Shown here piece after piece: positions 21,407-33,811 of a stretch of 64,000 bases of DNA. This DNA is from an uncultured Planctomycetota bacterium (lineage in GTDB: Bacteria; Planctomycetota; Planctomycetia; Gemmatales; Gemmataceae), in NCBI GenBank assembly GCA_963849325.1, contig CAWKHF010000001.1:480001-544000 (forward strand). The letters run 5' to 3'. The position numbers and the translations under genes were made by a program. Numbering within the stretch: the first letter of the stretch is position 1; every line of letters starts with the position of its first letter. The notes beneath the pieces are model-generated. The model ran no database searches, had not been told where the DNA came from, and was given only the letters and a program-made list of their open reading frames with translations.

Positions 21407-24400
21407 TCACGAAGATGGCGTGTTGGCGCCCGTGAGGGCGTTGAGCACCGCCTCGATGCCGATCAGCTCGAAGTACGGGCCGAGCGGCCCGGTGAACTGC
21501 AAGTTGAAGTCGATTTGCGCTTCCACCTGGCTGACTCCCGCCGTGTTGCCGGTCAACAGGTCGAGTACCAGCTCGAAGCCGTCGACGATCACATTCACGT
21601 CCGCAACGAGCGGCGTCGGCGCGGGAGTGGGTGTCGGTGTTGGCGTCGGCGTTGGCGTCGGTGTTGGAGTCGGCGTCGGTGTCGGTGTCGGTGTTGGAGT
21701 CGGCGTCGGGGTCGGAGTTGGCGTCGGCGTGGGGGTCGGAGTTGGAGTTGGCGTCGGGGTCGGAGTAGGCGTCGGTGTTGGAGTTGGAGTAGGCGTTGGT
21801 GTCGGGGTCGGGGTTGGAGTGGGCGTTGGAGTGGGCGTGGGCGTCGGTGTTGGCGTTGGAGTTGGAGTAGGCGTTGGTGTCGGGGTTGGAGTGGGCGTGG
21901 GCGTGGGCGTGGGCGTCGGCGTCGGCGTTGGAGTTGGGGTCGGAGTGGGTGTCGGGGTCGGCGTCGGCGTGGGTGTAGGTGTCGGAGTGGGAGTGGGCGA
22001 TGGGGTGCCGGAGGCGTACACGTTCTCGGTGGACGTGGCCGGCACGGTCACGCCGGCCACCAAATCGGTCGCCGCCGAGTTGAAGACCACGACGCTGCCA
22101 TCGCCGCTGAGTACGGCGGTGTCGGAGTTGGCGTTGCCGCCGTCCGTGCCGGCGCTGTTGCTGCTGGCCAGGGTCGTGGTGCTCGTTGCCAGGTGGCGCA
22201 CGAAGACCTGCGTGTAGCCCTTGGCGTTGGCGTCGTTGCTGGTCAGGTTGGTGGCAGCACTGTCGAAGGCGATGACCGAGCCATCGTCGCTGATGCTGGG
22301 ATTTTCCGAGAAGGCATTGCCGCCGTTGGTGCCGGCGCTGTTGATACTGACCAGGGTGGTGGTCGGATTGGACGCCAGCCAATTTCGGCTGTAAATCTGG
22401 GGGCCGGTGATGGTCTGGTTGGCCAGGAAGTCGCCGTTGGCGCTCTGGAAGGCCACCGTGCCGCCGTCGCCGCTGAGGACCGGCTCGACGCTTCCGCCGT
22501 AGGCATCCGTTCCGCCGGACGAGTTCACGGAGATCAGTGTCGGCACGCCCGCCTGCACGTCCTCGGCGAACACGTTGGTGGAACTGTTGGCCAGGTTGCC
22601 GAGCAGGTCGTTGGCGCTGCTCCACCAGGCGAGGTAGCGGCCGTTATCGCTGAGGCTGACCGAGTTGATATCGGCATCCGTAGTGAACACGCCGGGCGCC
22701 TTGGCGCTGACCAGGCTGACGGTGTTGCTGGCCACGTTGTAGGCGAAGACGTTGTCCTGGCCGGCGATGAAGTCGGTGGTGCCGGGGACCAGGTTGTACG
22801 AGGAGTTGAAGACGACGGTGCTGCCGTCGGAGCTGACCGTCAGCGGCGGGTTGACATCGAGCAGGGCGCCATTCTCCACGGAAAGAGCGCCGACTTCCTG
22901 CGTGGTGCCGGTCTTCAGGTTGGTCACGAAGAGATTGGTAACATCGCCCGCGCTGCCGCCCTGGTCCCAGCCGTAGGCGAGGATCTGGCCGTTGTCGCTG
23001 AGACTGGCATCGCCCGCGCCCTCCAGTTCAGTGTCGTTGGGGTTGCCGGTGACCTGGGTGACGGTCGGGCTGCCGGATTGCCAATTGCTCGTGACGTAGA
23101 CGTTCGGCTCCAGAAAAGCGGCGCTTAGGCTGCCCTGGAAGGCCACGGTGCTGCCGTCGCCGCTGATGACCGGCTGTTGCACGAGTGTGAAGGGCGTCGC
23201 CCCAACACCTGTCTGGGCGATGACGGTGTTCGTTTTGGTATTCGCGTTCCAGGCGAGGACCTGTCCGTAGCTGGTGCTGGGGCTGGTGAACAACTCATCG
23301 TACGCGATGTACGTGCCGTTGTCGCTGATGCTGAAGACCCCCCCCTGGTCCGCGTCCTCGGTGTTGCCGGCGCCGGCGGCGGGACTGACCTGCGCGAGCG
23401 TGCCGGAGGCGATGTTGTAGGCGAAGATCTGGAGATGAGCGCCGGTGCCATCCGCGCTCTCGCCCGGCAAGTTGGTGGCGAGACTTTGAAAGGCCAAGGT
23501 GCTGCCGTCTTTGCTGAGGAGGGGGTCCGATGAGTCGCCGTTGGCGCCGTTGCCCGTGCTGTCGGCGCTGGCCAGTTTCGTCGAGAGGCTGCCATACTGG
23601 ATGGCCCCTGTGGTCGGGGCGAGGTTGAGCGTGGTGACGAAAAGCTGGTAATGGCTGGAGTTACTGTCGTTGGCCGTCAAGTTGGTGGCGTTGCTCTGAT
23701 AGGCGACGACCAATTGGCCGTTGCTGTTCTCGCTGATGCTGGGCGTTTGCACGGGCGCATTGGCGGGGTTGCCGTCCGTGCCGAGGCTGACCAGGTAGGT
23801 CTGCCCCAGTTGCATGTCGCGCACAAACACTTCCTCGCCGCCGCTGCTGTTGCTCGTCAGGTTGGTGGCATCGCTGACAAAGGCGACGTAACGACCATCG
23901 GGCGTCATGACCGGCTCGTCGGCGAAAGCGCCACCGCCGACGTCGCCCGTGCCAGTGCTGTTGATGCTGACCAAGCTGGTCGTGCCGGTCGCCAGGTTGC
24001 GCCAATAGACGTCGCTGTTGCCCGTCATGGCGAGACCGGGAACCAAGTTGTCGGAGTCGCTGGTGAAGACGGCGTACTGTCCGTTGGCGCTGACCGCCTC
24101 CAGGGACGCGGAAGGCATAGACGAGGAGTCTTCGGCAATGGTCGAGACCTGATTGCCGGTGGCCGCCGTGGTCGTGGTCGGTTCGACGCTCAACGGTTTC
24201 AGCGTCTGGTTGCTCAGCGAGTACAGGTAAAGGTTCTGCACATCGGGGTTGTTATCGATGTAGCCGCCGGCGGCGTTCAGGTTCGTGGCGAAGCTGTTGA
24301 AGGCCAGCGTGCCGCCGTCCCGGCTGAGGGTGGGGTTGGACGAGTTGCCGTTGCCGCCGTTGCCGCTGCTGTCGGCGCTGACCAGCCTCGTCGTGAGGGT

Positions 24401-25103
24401 GTTGGTCTCGATGTCGCCGCTGGAGTCGAGGTTGAGCGTGGTGGCGAAAATCTGGTAATTGCCGCTATTGGTGTCGCCGCTGGTCAAGTTGGTGGCGTTG
24501 CTCTGGTAGGCGACGACCAATTGGCCGTTGCTGTTCTCGGCTGATGCTGGGCGTTTGCACGGGCGCATTGGCGGGCTTGCCGTCCGTGCCGAGGCTGACC
24601 AGGTAGGTCTGGCCCAGTTGCATGTCGCGCACGAACACTTCCTCGCCGCCGCTGCCATTGCTCGTCAGGTCGGTGGCATCGCTGACGAAGGCGACATAGC
24701 GGCCATTGGACGTGACGACCGGGTCGTCGGCGAAGGCGCCGCCGCCGACGTCGCCCGTGCCGGTGCTGTTGATGCTGACCAGGCTGGTCGTGCCGAAGGC
24801 CAGGTCGCGCCGATAGACGTCGCTTCCGCCGTTGATGGTGACGCCGTTGACCAGGTTGGTGGCGCTGCTGGTGAAGACTTCGTACTGGCCGTTGACGTTG
24901 ATCGAACCCGGTGCGGTGGACGAAGGCGCATTGCCCATCGTCGTTCCCGTCGGATCGACGCTGACCGGCAGCGTGGCGGAAGGCAGCGTCCGGTCCTCCA
25001 GGCTTTCCAGACGAGGACGGAAGTCCGCCCGCGATGCCCGCCGTTGGCGGCGGGAGACTTGGGACGGACACGGGAAGAGGGAAGCGATCCAGCGGGGCAT
25101 CAT
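21407..25103 (-). CDS. Secreted surface protein 3: TolB/PD40-like beta-propeller repeats + PT stalk + conserved C-terminal domain (one indel ~24540)
   Basis: [11 protein letters not shown]; many PxISxDGxxVAFxSxATNL repeats; (PT)>60. Confidence 0.88.
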
Positions 25104-25417
25104 GGCACGGACCTCCTACGACGCTGTAGTGACAACGAGTCGGCACTCGCCGACTTCCGGGAGCCGCTCACTGTAAGAAGTACGGACGGGCAAGTATGAT
25201 CCTTACGACAAAAAGGACAGAATGCCATTTTATTTTGTCACATTAGAGATTTCTAATGTGTATCGAAGCGCGCCGTTCCGTTCTGGTGATGGTTCGGTTT
25301 CTCTGAGCCGCGAGCGTCAGCGAGGGGGAAGCGTCCCGCGAGCGAATCCGCTCGCGGGACGACTTGCGAGGACCGACTTCACGAAGACCGTCGTTCGCCG
25401 AGCGAACAAGCGAGCAC

Positions 25418-25500
25418 CTTTCCGAGCCTGAAGCGTAAGCGAAGAGGAACGGCAACCTTCGGTTGCCGTTCCTCTTCGCTTACGCTTCAGGCTCGGAAAG
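25418..25500. repeat. REP-like palindrome family B, copy 1
   Basis: CCGAGCCTGAAGCGTAAGCGAAGAG-loop-CTCTTCGCTTACGCTTCAGGCTCGG; copies at 29502-29557, 35539-35600, 42596-42671. Confidence 0.9.
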
Positions 25501-25519
25501 ATTGTCGCTGGATCATGCA

Positions 25520-28500
25520 CTAAGGATGTCCAGGATGCCGCGTCGGCGTCGGCGTCGGGTTAGGCGTCGGGGTCGGTGTTGGTGTTGGAGTGGGTGTCGG
25601 CGTTGGGGTGGGAGTAGGTGTGGGCGTCGGCGTCGGCGTCGGCGTTGGAGTGGGCGTAGGCGTTGGAGTGGGCGTAGGCGTCGGGGTCGGTGTGGGCGTC
25701 GGCGTCGGGGTCGGCGTGGGCGTCGGGGAGCCGGGACGTTTAGGGTGCGGTGTCGGCGTCGGCGTCGGCGTCGGTGTTGGAGTGGGCGTAGGCGTTGGGG
25801 TCGGCGTTGGGGTCGGCGTCGGTGTAGGCGTCGGCGTCGGAGTAGGGTGGGGTAGGAGTCGGTGTCGGTGTCGGAGTAGGGCTGGGTGGGTGTCGGTGTC
25901 GGCTGGAGTGGAGTAGGCGTCGGTGTCGGAGTGGGCGTCGGTGTCGGAGTCGGGCGGAGTTGGAGTCGGCGTCGGGGTCGGCGTGGGGGTCGGACGTGGG
26001 CGTGGGCGTCGGCGTCGGAGTAGGTGTGGGCGTCGGCGTCGGAGTAGGTGTCGGTGTCGGAGTTGGAGTCGGCGTCGGCGTCGGAGTAGGTGTCGGTGTC
26101 GGAGTTGGAGTTGGAGTCGGTGTCGGCGTCGGCGTCGGCGTCGGTGTCGGTGTCGGCGTTGGAGTAGGCGTCGGGGTCGGAGTGGGCGTCGGGGTCGGCG
26201 TCGGGGTGGGTGTCGGAGTAGGTGTGGGCGTCGGAGTCGGTGTGGGCGTGGGCGTAGGCGTTGGAGTGGGAGTCGGTGTCGGCGTGGGCGTGGGATTGAA
26301 CTCGGTGGCGCCGATGTCGAGGAGGTTGCCTTTGCCGCCGTTGATCAGACGCGCGAAGCCCAGGCCACGCTGATCGGAGCCATACCAGAAGGACACCGTC
26401 GGCAACACCGCGTTATCGCCGGCATCGATGGCCGGACTGCCCGCCAGCAACAGGATCGTCGGCGTCGAGCCGCCATGGTTGCCCAGCGTGCCGATGCCTG
26501 GGGCCACGTTGAGGAGGTCGCCGTGGGCGGCGCTGAAGCCGGAACTGCCGCTGCTGTTGCCGATCAGGTTGTGTTCGCTGTTCGTGGCCGAGCCGAAGTA
26601 ATCGGGGGCCGAGGCGGCGTTGTTGAGCGCCACCAGGGTGTTGGTCAGGCTGAGGTTGGAGCCAGCGTTGTTGGAGATGCCACCGCCGCTGCTGAGGGCC
26701 GTCACGCCGGTGGAGCCGGACGCGCCGGGCGTGTTGCCGGCGCCGCCCGCACCGCCGAGTCCGGCGAGACCTTGCACCGCGGCGTTGTCGGCCACCGTGA
26801 CGTTGGTGAGCGTAACGAGGCCGCCTTGGTTGGCTGGGGCCTGCACGGCGATAGCGCCGCCGAGGGCAGGTCCGCTGGCGCCGCCGTTGCCGCCGTTGCC
26901 GCCCTGGCCATTGGAGGCGGCGCCGCCGATGCCGCCCCGGCCGCCGTTGCCGGCGGTGACGCTGTTGTTGGCCATCGTCGCATTGGTCACCTGCGTGGTG
27001 CCGCCGCCGATCAGGTAGGTGCCGGCGCCCGCGGCGAAACCGCCGTTGCCGCCGTTGCCGCCCAAACCACCGCTGCGACCGCCGCCGCCATTGCCGCCGG
27101 CGCCGCCGGCGCCGCCGGTGACGAAGTTGCCCGACAGAGTGGAATGGAAGAGAGAGCTATTGCCCGGGCCGCTGCTAGAGATGCCGGGAACGTTGTTGTT
27201 GCTGTCGTAGACACCGCCGCCGAAGGCCCCGCCGCCGCTGCCGCCGACACCGCCGCCGCTGCCGGTACCGTTGGCGATCGTGGCACCGCTGCCGCCGTTG
27301 CCGCCGGCGCCGCCCGTGCCGCTGTTGCCGGACACCGCGGCGAAGCCCAGACCCAGCTGTCCACGGCTCGCGCTCGCCGCCGCGTAGTTCACGCCGGCCC
27401 CGAAGATGCTGCCGCCGGCGCCGCCGGCGCCGCCCATGACAGCGGTCGCGTTGCTGGCGCCGCCGTTGCCGCCGGCGCCGCCGAAAAGGAGGTTGCCCGC
27501 GATGGTAACGGGAAGGATGACACCAGCGGGAGTCCAACCGTCGCCGAGCACGATGGTGCCGCCGCCGCTGAAGGCATTGATGCCGCCGCCTTGGGCCGAG
27601 CCGCCCGCGCCGCCGCCGCCGCCACCGCCCGCGCCGCCGACACCGCCGATGCCGCCGACGCCGCCGCTGGCCGTATTCGTTTGCACGATCGGGCCATTCA
27701 TCAACTCCACATTGAGGGTAAGCCCGGTCCCGGCCAGGGCGTGGATGCCGCCGCCATAGGCATTGCCGCCATTGCCGCCGTTGCCGCCGGCGCCGCTCTG
27801 GGCGTTGCCTCCCGCGCCGCCGGCCCCGCCGAGGACGGTGTTGCCCGATACGAGGGTGGCGCTGCCCGTGAGGTCCACGCGGCCACCGCCGAAAGCGAAC
27901 AGGCCGCCGCCCTGGGCCGTGCCGCCGGTGCCACCGCCCCCGCCTGGCTTATTGCGGGCCGCCGCCGCCACGCCCTGGCCTCCCTGGCCGGCCTGCGCCT
28001 TGTTGCCTGTCAGCGTCATGCTGTTCAGATTCAGCGCAATGGCCGCGCCGCTGACGAAGACCCCGCCTCCCTGAGCCGCGCCGCCGCCGCTGCTGGAAAA
28101 GTTGTTGTTGCCGTTGTAGCCATTGCCGCCGATCGCCTGGTTGCCGCTGATCGAGCTGGAGTTGAGGGACACGGGTCTGTCGGCCTGGAGGATGGCGATC
28201 CCGCCGCCCTCGGCGATGCCGGCCGGCGCCACGCCCACGACGCCGTTGCCGGCGAGGGCCGCGTTGCCGCTGAGGACCGTGCCGTTGGTCACCGTCAAGT
28301 TCCCGGTCGAGACGAACACGCCGCCGCCATAGGCGCTGTTATTGTTGCCGTCGGCCTTGTTGTTCTGGATTTTGGCGTCGCTAAGGGTGACGTTGCCGCC
28401 GCCCACGGCCAGGAGGCCGCCGCCCTCCGCTGCCGCGTTCGTTCCGGCGTAGGCCTCGTTGCCGCTGACGAGCGTGCCGTTGTTCACCACCAACGAACTG

Positions 28501-29252
28501 CCCGAAACGAAGACGCCGCCGCCATAGGCGCTGGCGCTGTTGCCGTTGGCCTGATTGTTCTGGATGACGGCGTCACTGAGGGTAACGCTGCCGCCGGCGG
28601 CCGCGATGGCGCCGCCCTCCGCCACCGCGCCTCCGCCGCCGTTGGCCTGGTTGCCGCGGAAGATCGTGCCGTTGGTCACGGTCAACTGACCCCACGAGAC
28701 GAACACGCCGCCGCCGATGGCGTTGCCGGCGCTGCCGACCGCCTGGTTGTTCTGGATAATGGCGTTGCTGAGCGTGACGCTGCCGCCGGCGGCGTAGATG
28801 GCCCCGCCCTCCGCCACCTTGTTCGAGCCGGCACCGTTGTCGTGGGCCGCGCCGTTCTGGATGGTCAACGACTGGAACGTCACGTTGGTGTAGAGGCCGA
28901 GGTTGAAGTCGCGGTTGTTGGCGGCGGCGGCATCGATCACCACGTCGCCGGCCTTGCCGGTGGCGCCCTGGATGGTCAGGGCGTGGCCGGTCGTCACCAT
29001 CAATTGGTTGGACAGACTATAGGTTCCCGCCGACAGCACGATGGTATTGGCCGCGTCCGAAGTGGGCAAGTTGACGGCGTTAAGGGCTTGCTGCAGTTGA
29101 GGGAGGTTGCCGACATCGAAGATGGCCGGGGCCAGACGCTCCTCCAGCGCTTCCAAACGCAGTCGTTGCGTCCGTCGCGTTTTCGTCGGCCGCTTGGGTT
29201 CGAGGTCCCCGTTCCGTCCGAAGAGTTGGCGAATCCAGCGATGACAAAACAT
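25520..29252 (-). CDS. Secreted surface protein 4: Gly-rich beta-helix + choice-of-anchor-Q-like domain + very long PT stalk (indels in repeat)
   Basis: [19 protein letters not shown](PT)n; the PT tract continues past the ORF-track stop to [11 protein letters not shown] at 25520. Confidence 0.85.
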
Positions 29253-29570
29253 GGGCGTCCTCCTCGTTGAGGATAAAGGGCGAAATCCGATTGATGCACA
29301 GGGAACCTTCCCCCGAGGCGAAACCGTCGAGGGGTCCGACTTGGCAGTCTCCCTACCTGGACGATCGATCCTGAGGATGGTATCGAGTGTATCGGCCGCT
29401 CGCCGAGCCGTCTAGCCGCAACTCGACATTTTTACCTCTGAACTGGGGAAATGCTCAAGGTGATCCGTGGCACCGATTGCGGATGCTTCATTGCGCCGCC
29501 ATTCCGAGCCTGAAGCGTAAGCGAAGAGCACTCTTCGCTTACGCTTCAGGCTCGGAAAGATTATCGCTGG

Positions 29571-30444
29571 CTAGAACTCGGTGGCGCCGATGTCGATGAT
29601 GTTGCCCTTGCCGCCATTGATCACGCGCGGGAAGCCTGGGCCGCGCTGATCGTAGAGACCCGTCAGCAACGTCGCCGCGTTGTCGCCGGCGTCGATGGCC
29701 GGACTGCCGGTCATCAACAGGATCGTCTGCGTCACACCACCGTGGTTGCCCAGCGTGCCGATGAGCGCGGCCACGTTGAGGAGGTCGCCGTGCGCCGCGC
29801 TGAAGCCGGAGCTGCCGCTGCTGTTGCCGATCAGGTTGTGGTCGCTGCTGTTGACCGAACCGAAGTAATCGGGGGCCGAGGCGGCCTTGTTGGACGCCAC
29901 CAGGGTGTTGGTCAGGAGGAGGTTGGAACTGGGGTAATTGAAGATACCGCCGCCTTGGCCGGCGCCGACACTGCCGGCGACGCCGGCCTTGCCGCCGGTG
30001 CCCGCGGCGCCGCCGGTGCCTTGCGCCACGGCGTTGTAGGCTACCGTGACGTTGGTGAGACGAATGCGGCCGCCGGAAAAGGCCAGCACATAGAGTCCGC
30101 CGCCCTGGACGGAGGCGCTGTTGCCGCCGTTGCCGCCTCGGCTGCCGCTGCCACCGTTGCCGCCGCCGCCGGCGGTGGCGGTGTTGCAGCATCAATTGGC
30201 TGGTCAGGTTGTACTGGCCCGCCGCCAGGACGATGGTGTTGGTCGCGTCTGAGGTAGGCAAGTTGACGGCGTTGATGGCATTGTGCAGTTGGGTGAGGTT
30301 GCCGACATCGAGGATGGCCGGAGCCAGCCGTTCCTCCAGCGACTCCAGACGCAGCCGTTGCGTCCGTCGCGTTTTCGTCGGCCGCTTGTGTCCGAGGCTC
30401 CAGTTCAGTCCGAAGAGCTTGCGAATCCAGCGATGGCGAAACAT
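29571..30444 (-). pseudogene. Internally deleted paralogue of surface protein 4
   Basis: N-terminal ~85 aa match gene 4 (MFRHRWIRKLFG...LEERLAPA), then jump out of frame near 30185 to the anchor-Q region; stops at IGATEF with no PT tail. Confidence 0.65.
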
Positions 30445-30564
30445 GGGCGTCCTCCTCATTGAGGAAAGGGGAGCACCCAGGCATCCTAGGCGCGCACGGA
30501 GGAACTTCCCCCGGCGCGAGGACAGCCTCCCTCGCGTTGAGGGAAGTCCATCCACGCGGACCTT

Positions 30565-30714
30565 GTCTCTTCTGTCTCCACTACCGAATACGGAGGCTGT
30601 GACAGTAGCCCCCGGTGGGTCTCGTCCCTCGACCCACCCTACCCCGTCTCTTCTGTCTCCACTACCCACTACGGAGGCTGTGACAGTAGGGTGGATCGAG
30701 GGACGAGACCCACC
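30565..30714. repeat. 44-bp direct repeat interleaved with an inverted GTAG-type REP pair
   Basis: GTCTCTTCTGTCTCCACTACC.A.TACGGAGGCTGTGACAGTAG at 30565-30608 and 30646-30689; GTAGGGTGGRTCGAGGGACGAGACCCACC in both orientations. Confidence 0.8.
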
Positions 30715-30849
30715 ACACCCCTACCCCCCTCCGCACACGTACCCCAAGGCACGGCGCCGCTAGACATATCCCTTGCGTCGGCCGCGTCCGACGCGGATAC
30801 TGGTCGCGGATCGTCGCTGGACAACTTCTTTTCCCGAATGGGTGCCGCG

Positions 30850-31635
30850 ATGCCGGACGTGGCGTACGATCGGTTGGACGTGGTGGCGGTGGGACCGCAC
30901 CCGGACGATTTGGAGATCACCTGTGGCGGCACGCTGGCCAAGCTGGTGCGGCAGGGCTACCGCGTCGGCATGGTGGACCTGACCAGCGGCGAGCCGACGC
31001 CGCGCGGCTCGGAAGAGGTCCGGGCCGGCGAGGCGGAAGCGGCCCGCCAAGTGCTCGGCGTCCCCGTTCGCCTGAACGCCGGACTGCCCAACCGCGAGTT
31101 GATGGACGTGCCGGCCAACCGCTACGTGTTAGCGACGCTGTTTCGCCGTCTGCGGCCGGCCGTGGTGATCGGCGTGGCCGGCCGCACGCCCGCCGCCTCG
31201 CCGGACCACCATCAGGCCCATCTGCTCATCGAGGCCGCCCGCTTCTGGTCGCAGCTGACCAAGTGGGACGAGCGCTTCGGCGGCACGGCTCCCCATCGCG
31301 TGCCGCACCTGGTCTACGCTCCCTTCCCCTTCGACGCCGAGGTCCGCCACTGGCACAGCACCTTTGTCATCGACATTAGCGATACCTTTGAGCAGAAATT
31401 GGCGGCGGTGCGCTGCTACGCCTCGCAGTTCGACGAGGCGCGTTTCGCCAAGGTCAGCCATTTCGTGACCGGCCATGCCATCGCCGCCGGCAGCCGCGCC
31501 GGCTTCGCCTACGGCGAGCTGTTCGCCCTGCCGCACCCCGTCGGCGCCAGCGACCTGCACGCCCTGGTCCACGGCGGCAAGGGCGTGCCGGCCCCCGTGC
31601 CCCTGCCGCGCGATCCGGCCCAGCCCGAACAGTGA
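30850..31635 (+). CDS. PIG-L/LmbE-family deacetylase (BshB1-like)
   Basis: GPHPDDLEITCGG, DLTSGE, SPDH, KLAAVRCYASQF. Confidence 0.88.
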   Translation: MPDVAYDRLDVVAVGPHPDDLEITCGGTLAKLVRQGYRVGMVDLTSGEPTPRGSEEVRAGEAEAARQVLGVPVRLNAGLPNRELMDVPANRYVLATLFRRLRPAVVIGVAGRTPAASPDHHQAHLLIEAARFWSQLTKWDERFGGTAPHRVPHLVYAPFPFDAEVRHWHSTFVIDISDTFEQKLAAVRCYASQFDEARFAKVSHFVTGHAIAAGSRAGFAYGELFALPHPVGASDLHALVHGGKGVPAPVPLPRDPAQPEQ

Positions 31636-31665
31636 GAGCAGACAGCCCAAGCCAAGGAGACGAGG

Positions 31666-32742
31666 ATGATTCGTATACGCAACGCTTTCCCGGCCGCCTG
31701 GACGTTCGCCGCGAGTCTGCCGTTCCTCGTCCTGATGCTGGCCGACGCGGAGCAACCGCGAGAGAAGCCGGCCCGCAAACTGGTCCTCGTCATCCACGGC
31801 GGCGAGGGCGACCTGCCCGAGAAGGTCTCGCCGGAGTTGGAGAAGCAACACCAGGAAGTCCTGGAGGAAGCACTGCGGCAGGGATACCAGCGCCTCAAAC
31901 AAAACAAGAAGGGCGCCAGTCTCGACGCCGTGGAGGCCGCCATCCGCGTGATGGAGGATTCGCCGCTGTTCAACGCCGGCAAGGGCGCGGTGTTCACGCA
32001 CGAAGGCCGCCACGAACTCGATGCCTCGATCATGGAGGGCAAGGACAAGAAGGCCGGAGCGGTGGCCGGAGTGACGATCGTGAAAAATCCCATCTCGGCG
32101 GCTCGCGCCGTCATGGAGCACTCGCCGCACGTCCTGCTGGTCGGCCGCGGGGCCGAGTTGTTCGCCCTCAAGCAGAAACTGGACATCGTTCATCCGGATT
32201 ATTTCTGGACCGAACAGCGCTGGAAGGAGCTGCAAGAAGCGCTGCGAAAGGAAGAGAAGGCCCGCAAGGAGAAGGGAGAGACGACGGCCCCGGCGCGTCG
32301 CCGGCACTTCGGCACCGTCGGCGCCGTGGCGCGGGACGGCGACGGCAACCTGGCGGCGGGCACCTCGACGGGCGGCATGACCAACAAATGGTCCGGCCGC
32401 GTCGGCGACTCGCCCCTCATCGGCGCCGGCACCTACGCCGACAACGAAGCCTGCGCCGTCTCCTGCACCGGCTGGGGCGAATATTTCATTCGCTACGCCG
32501 TGGCCCACGACATCACGGCACGAGTGAAGTACGGCCGGCGCTCGGCGAAAGAGGCGGCGGAGACGGTCATCAACGAGCAGCTGCAAAAAGCCGGCGCCGA
32601 GGGGGGAGCAATCGTCCTGGGCGCCTCGGGCGATTTCCACATTGTCTACAATCGCCTCGCCGGGCAGATGTCGCGCGGCTACATCACCTCCGACGATGGC
32701 AAGCCGCACGTGGCCATCCTCGACAAGCCGCTGCCGAAGTAA
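31666..32742 (+). CDS. iaaA: Isoaspartyl peptidase/L-asparaginase (Ntn hydrolase)
   Basis: IHGG, FNAGKGAV, GTVGAVA autocleavage Thr, TSTGG, GRVGDSP, SCTGWGE. Confidence 0.93.
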   Translation: MIRIRNAFPAAWTFAASLPFLVLMLADAEQPREKPARKLVLVIHGGEGDLPEKVSPELEKQHQEVLEEALRQGYQRLKQNKKGASLDAVEAAIRVMEDSPLFNAGKGAVFTHEGRHELDASIMEGKDKKAGAVAGVTIVKNPISAARAVMEHSPHVLLVGRGAELFALKQKLDIVHPDYFWTEQRWKELQEALRKEEKARKEKGETTAPARRRHFGTVGAVARDGDGNLAAGTSTGGMTNKWSGRVGDSPLIGAGTYADNEACAVSCTGWGEYFIRYAVAHDITARVKYGRRSAKEAAETVINEQLQKAGAEGGAIVLGASGDFHIVYNRLAGQMSRGYITSDDGKPHVAILDKPLPK

Positions 32743-32830
32743 CGGTGTAACCAAAGGAACCGCCAAGTCACCACGGTTCCCTTGGTCTCGCACAGGGAGT
32801 ATCCTCGTGTCATCTGACGCCAAGGTCGAG

Positions 32831-33811
32831 ATGGGCTTTTCACGCTTTCTCCCCGAATCCCTCACGCGCCTGGATGATCCCCAGAAGGACATTCCGCGCA
32901 TCGCCAAGGATGCCGAACTCACCGCGAAGATCGAGCGTGCCCTCCTTCAGATTCCCACCACGCACGACCTCTATGGCCGGGACGCGCGGGCGATGGAGTT
33001 GCCGCCCGAGAGCGTCCAACTCGTGCTCACTTCCCCGCCTTACTGGACCCTCAAGGAGTATCGGCAAACGGAAGGACAACTCGGTGACATTGCGAATTAT
33101 GATGGCTTTCTGGCGGAGTTGGATAAGGTTTGGCGGCGCTGCTGGCAGGCTCTGGTGCCGGGAGGTCGGCTCATCTGTGTCGTGGGAGACGTGTGCCTTT
33201 CGCGGCGCAAGAATGGCGGGCGGCACACCGTAATTCCCTTACACGCTTCCATTCAAGAACACTGCCGAGCGATCGGCTTCGACAACCTGGCCCCGATTAT
33301 CTGGCACAAAATCGCCAACGCGCAGTTGGAGGCGGAGGGCAACGGCGCCAGCTTCCTGGGCAAGCCGTATGAGCCGAACGCGGTCATCAAGAACGACATC
33401 GAATATCTTCTGATGGAGCGCAAGCCCGGCGGCTATCGCACTCCCGACCTCCCCACGCGCATCCTCAGCATCATTTCCGAAACGAACCACAAGAGTTGGT
33501 TCCAGCAGATCTGGACCGGACTGACCGGCGCCTCGACGCGCCACCACCCCGCGCCTTTCCCGCTGGAGTTGGCCACGCGACTGATCCGCATGTTCTCCTT
33601 CGTCGGAGACACGGTACTCGATCCCTTCCTGGGAACCGGCACGACGACGTTGGCCGCCGCCCAATGTGGACGGAACAGCATCGGCGTCGAAGTGGATCCG
33701 ACTTACTTCGACTACGCACGCCGGCGGATCTCGGCTAAAACATCCGGGTTGTTCGCTACCGCTACCATACAGGTCCACCCGGATGCCGGCACCCATGAGC
33801 GATCTCCTTGA
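32831..33811 (+). CDS. Beta-class N4-C/N6-A DNA methyltransferase
   Basis: LTSPPYW (motif IV) precedes HPAPFP and DPFLGTGTT (motif I). Confidence 0.92.
   Translation: MGFSRFLPESLTRLDDPQKDIPRIAKDAELTAKIERALLQIPTTHDLYGRDARAMELPPESVQLVLTSPPYWTLKEYRQTEGQLGDIANYDGFLAELDKVWRRCWQALVPGGRLICVVGDVCLSRRKNGGRHTVIPLHASIQEHCRAIGFDNLAPIIWHKIANAQLEAEGNGASFLGKPYEPNAVIKNDIEYLLMERKPGGYRTPDLPTRILSIISETNHKSWFQQIWTGLTGASTRHHPAPFPLELATRLIRMFSFVGDTVLDPFLGTGTTTLAAAQCGRNSIGVEVDPTYFDYARRRISAKTSGLFATATIQVHPDAGTHERSP

Noticed and set aside
30565-30689. CRISPR-like repeat-spacer-repeat (44 bp + 37 bp)
   Set aside because: Only two units, the spacer is an inverted REP copy, and no cas genes are present
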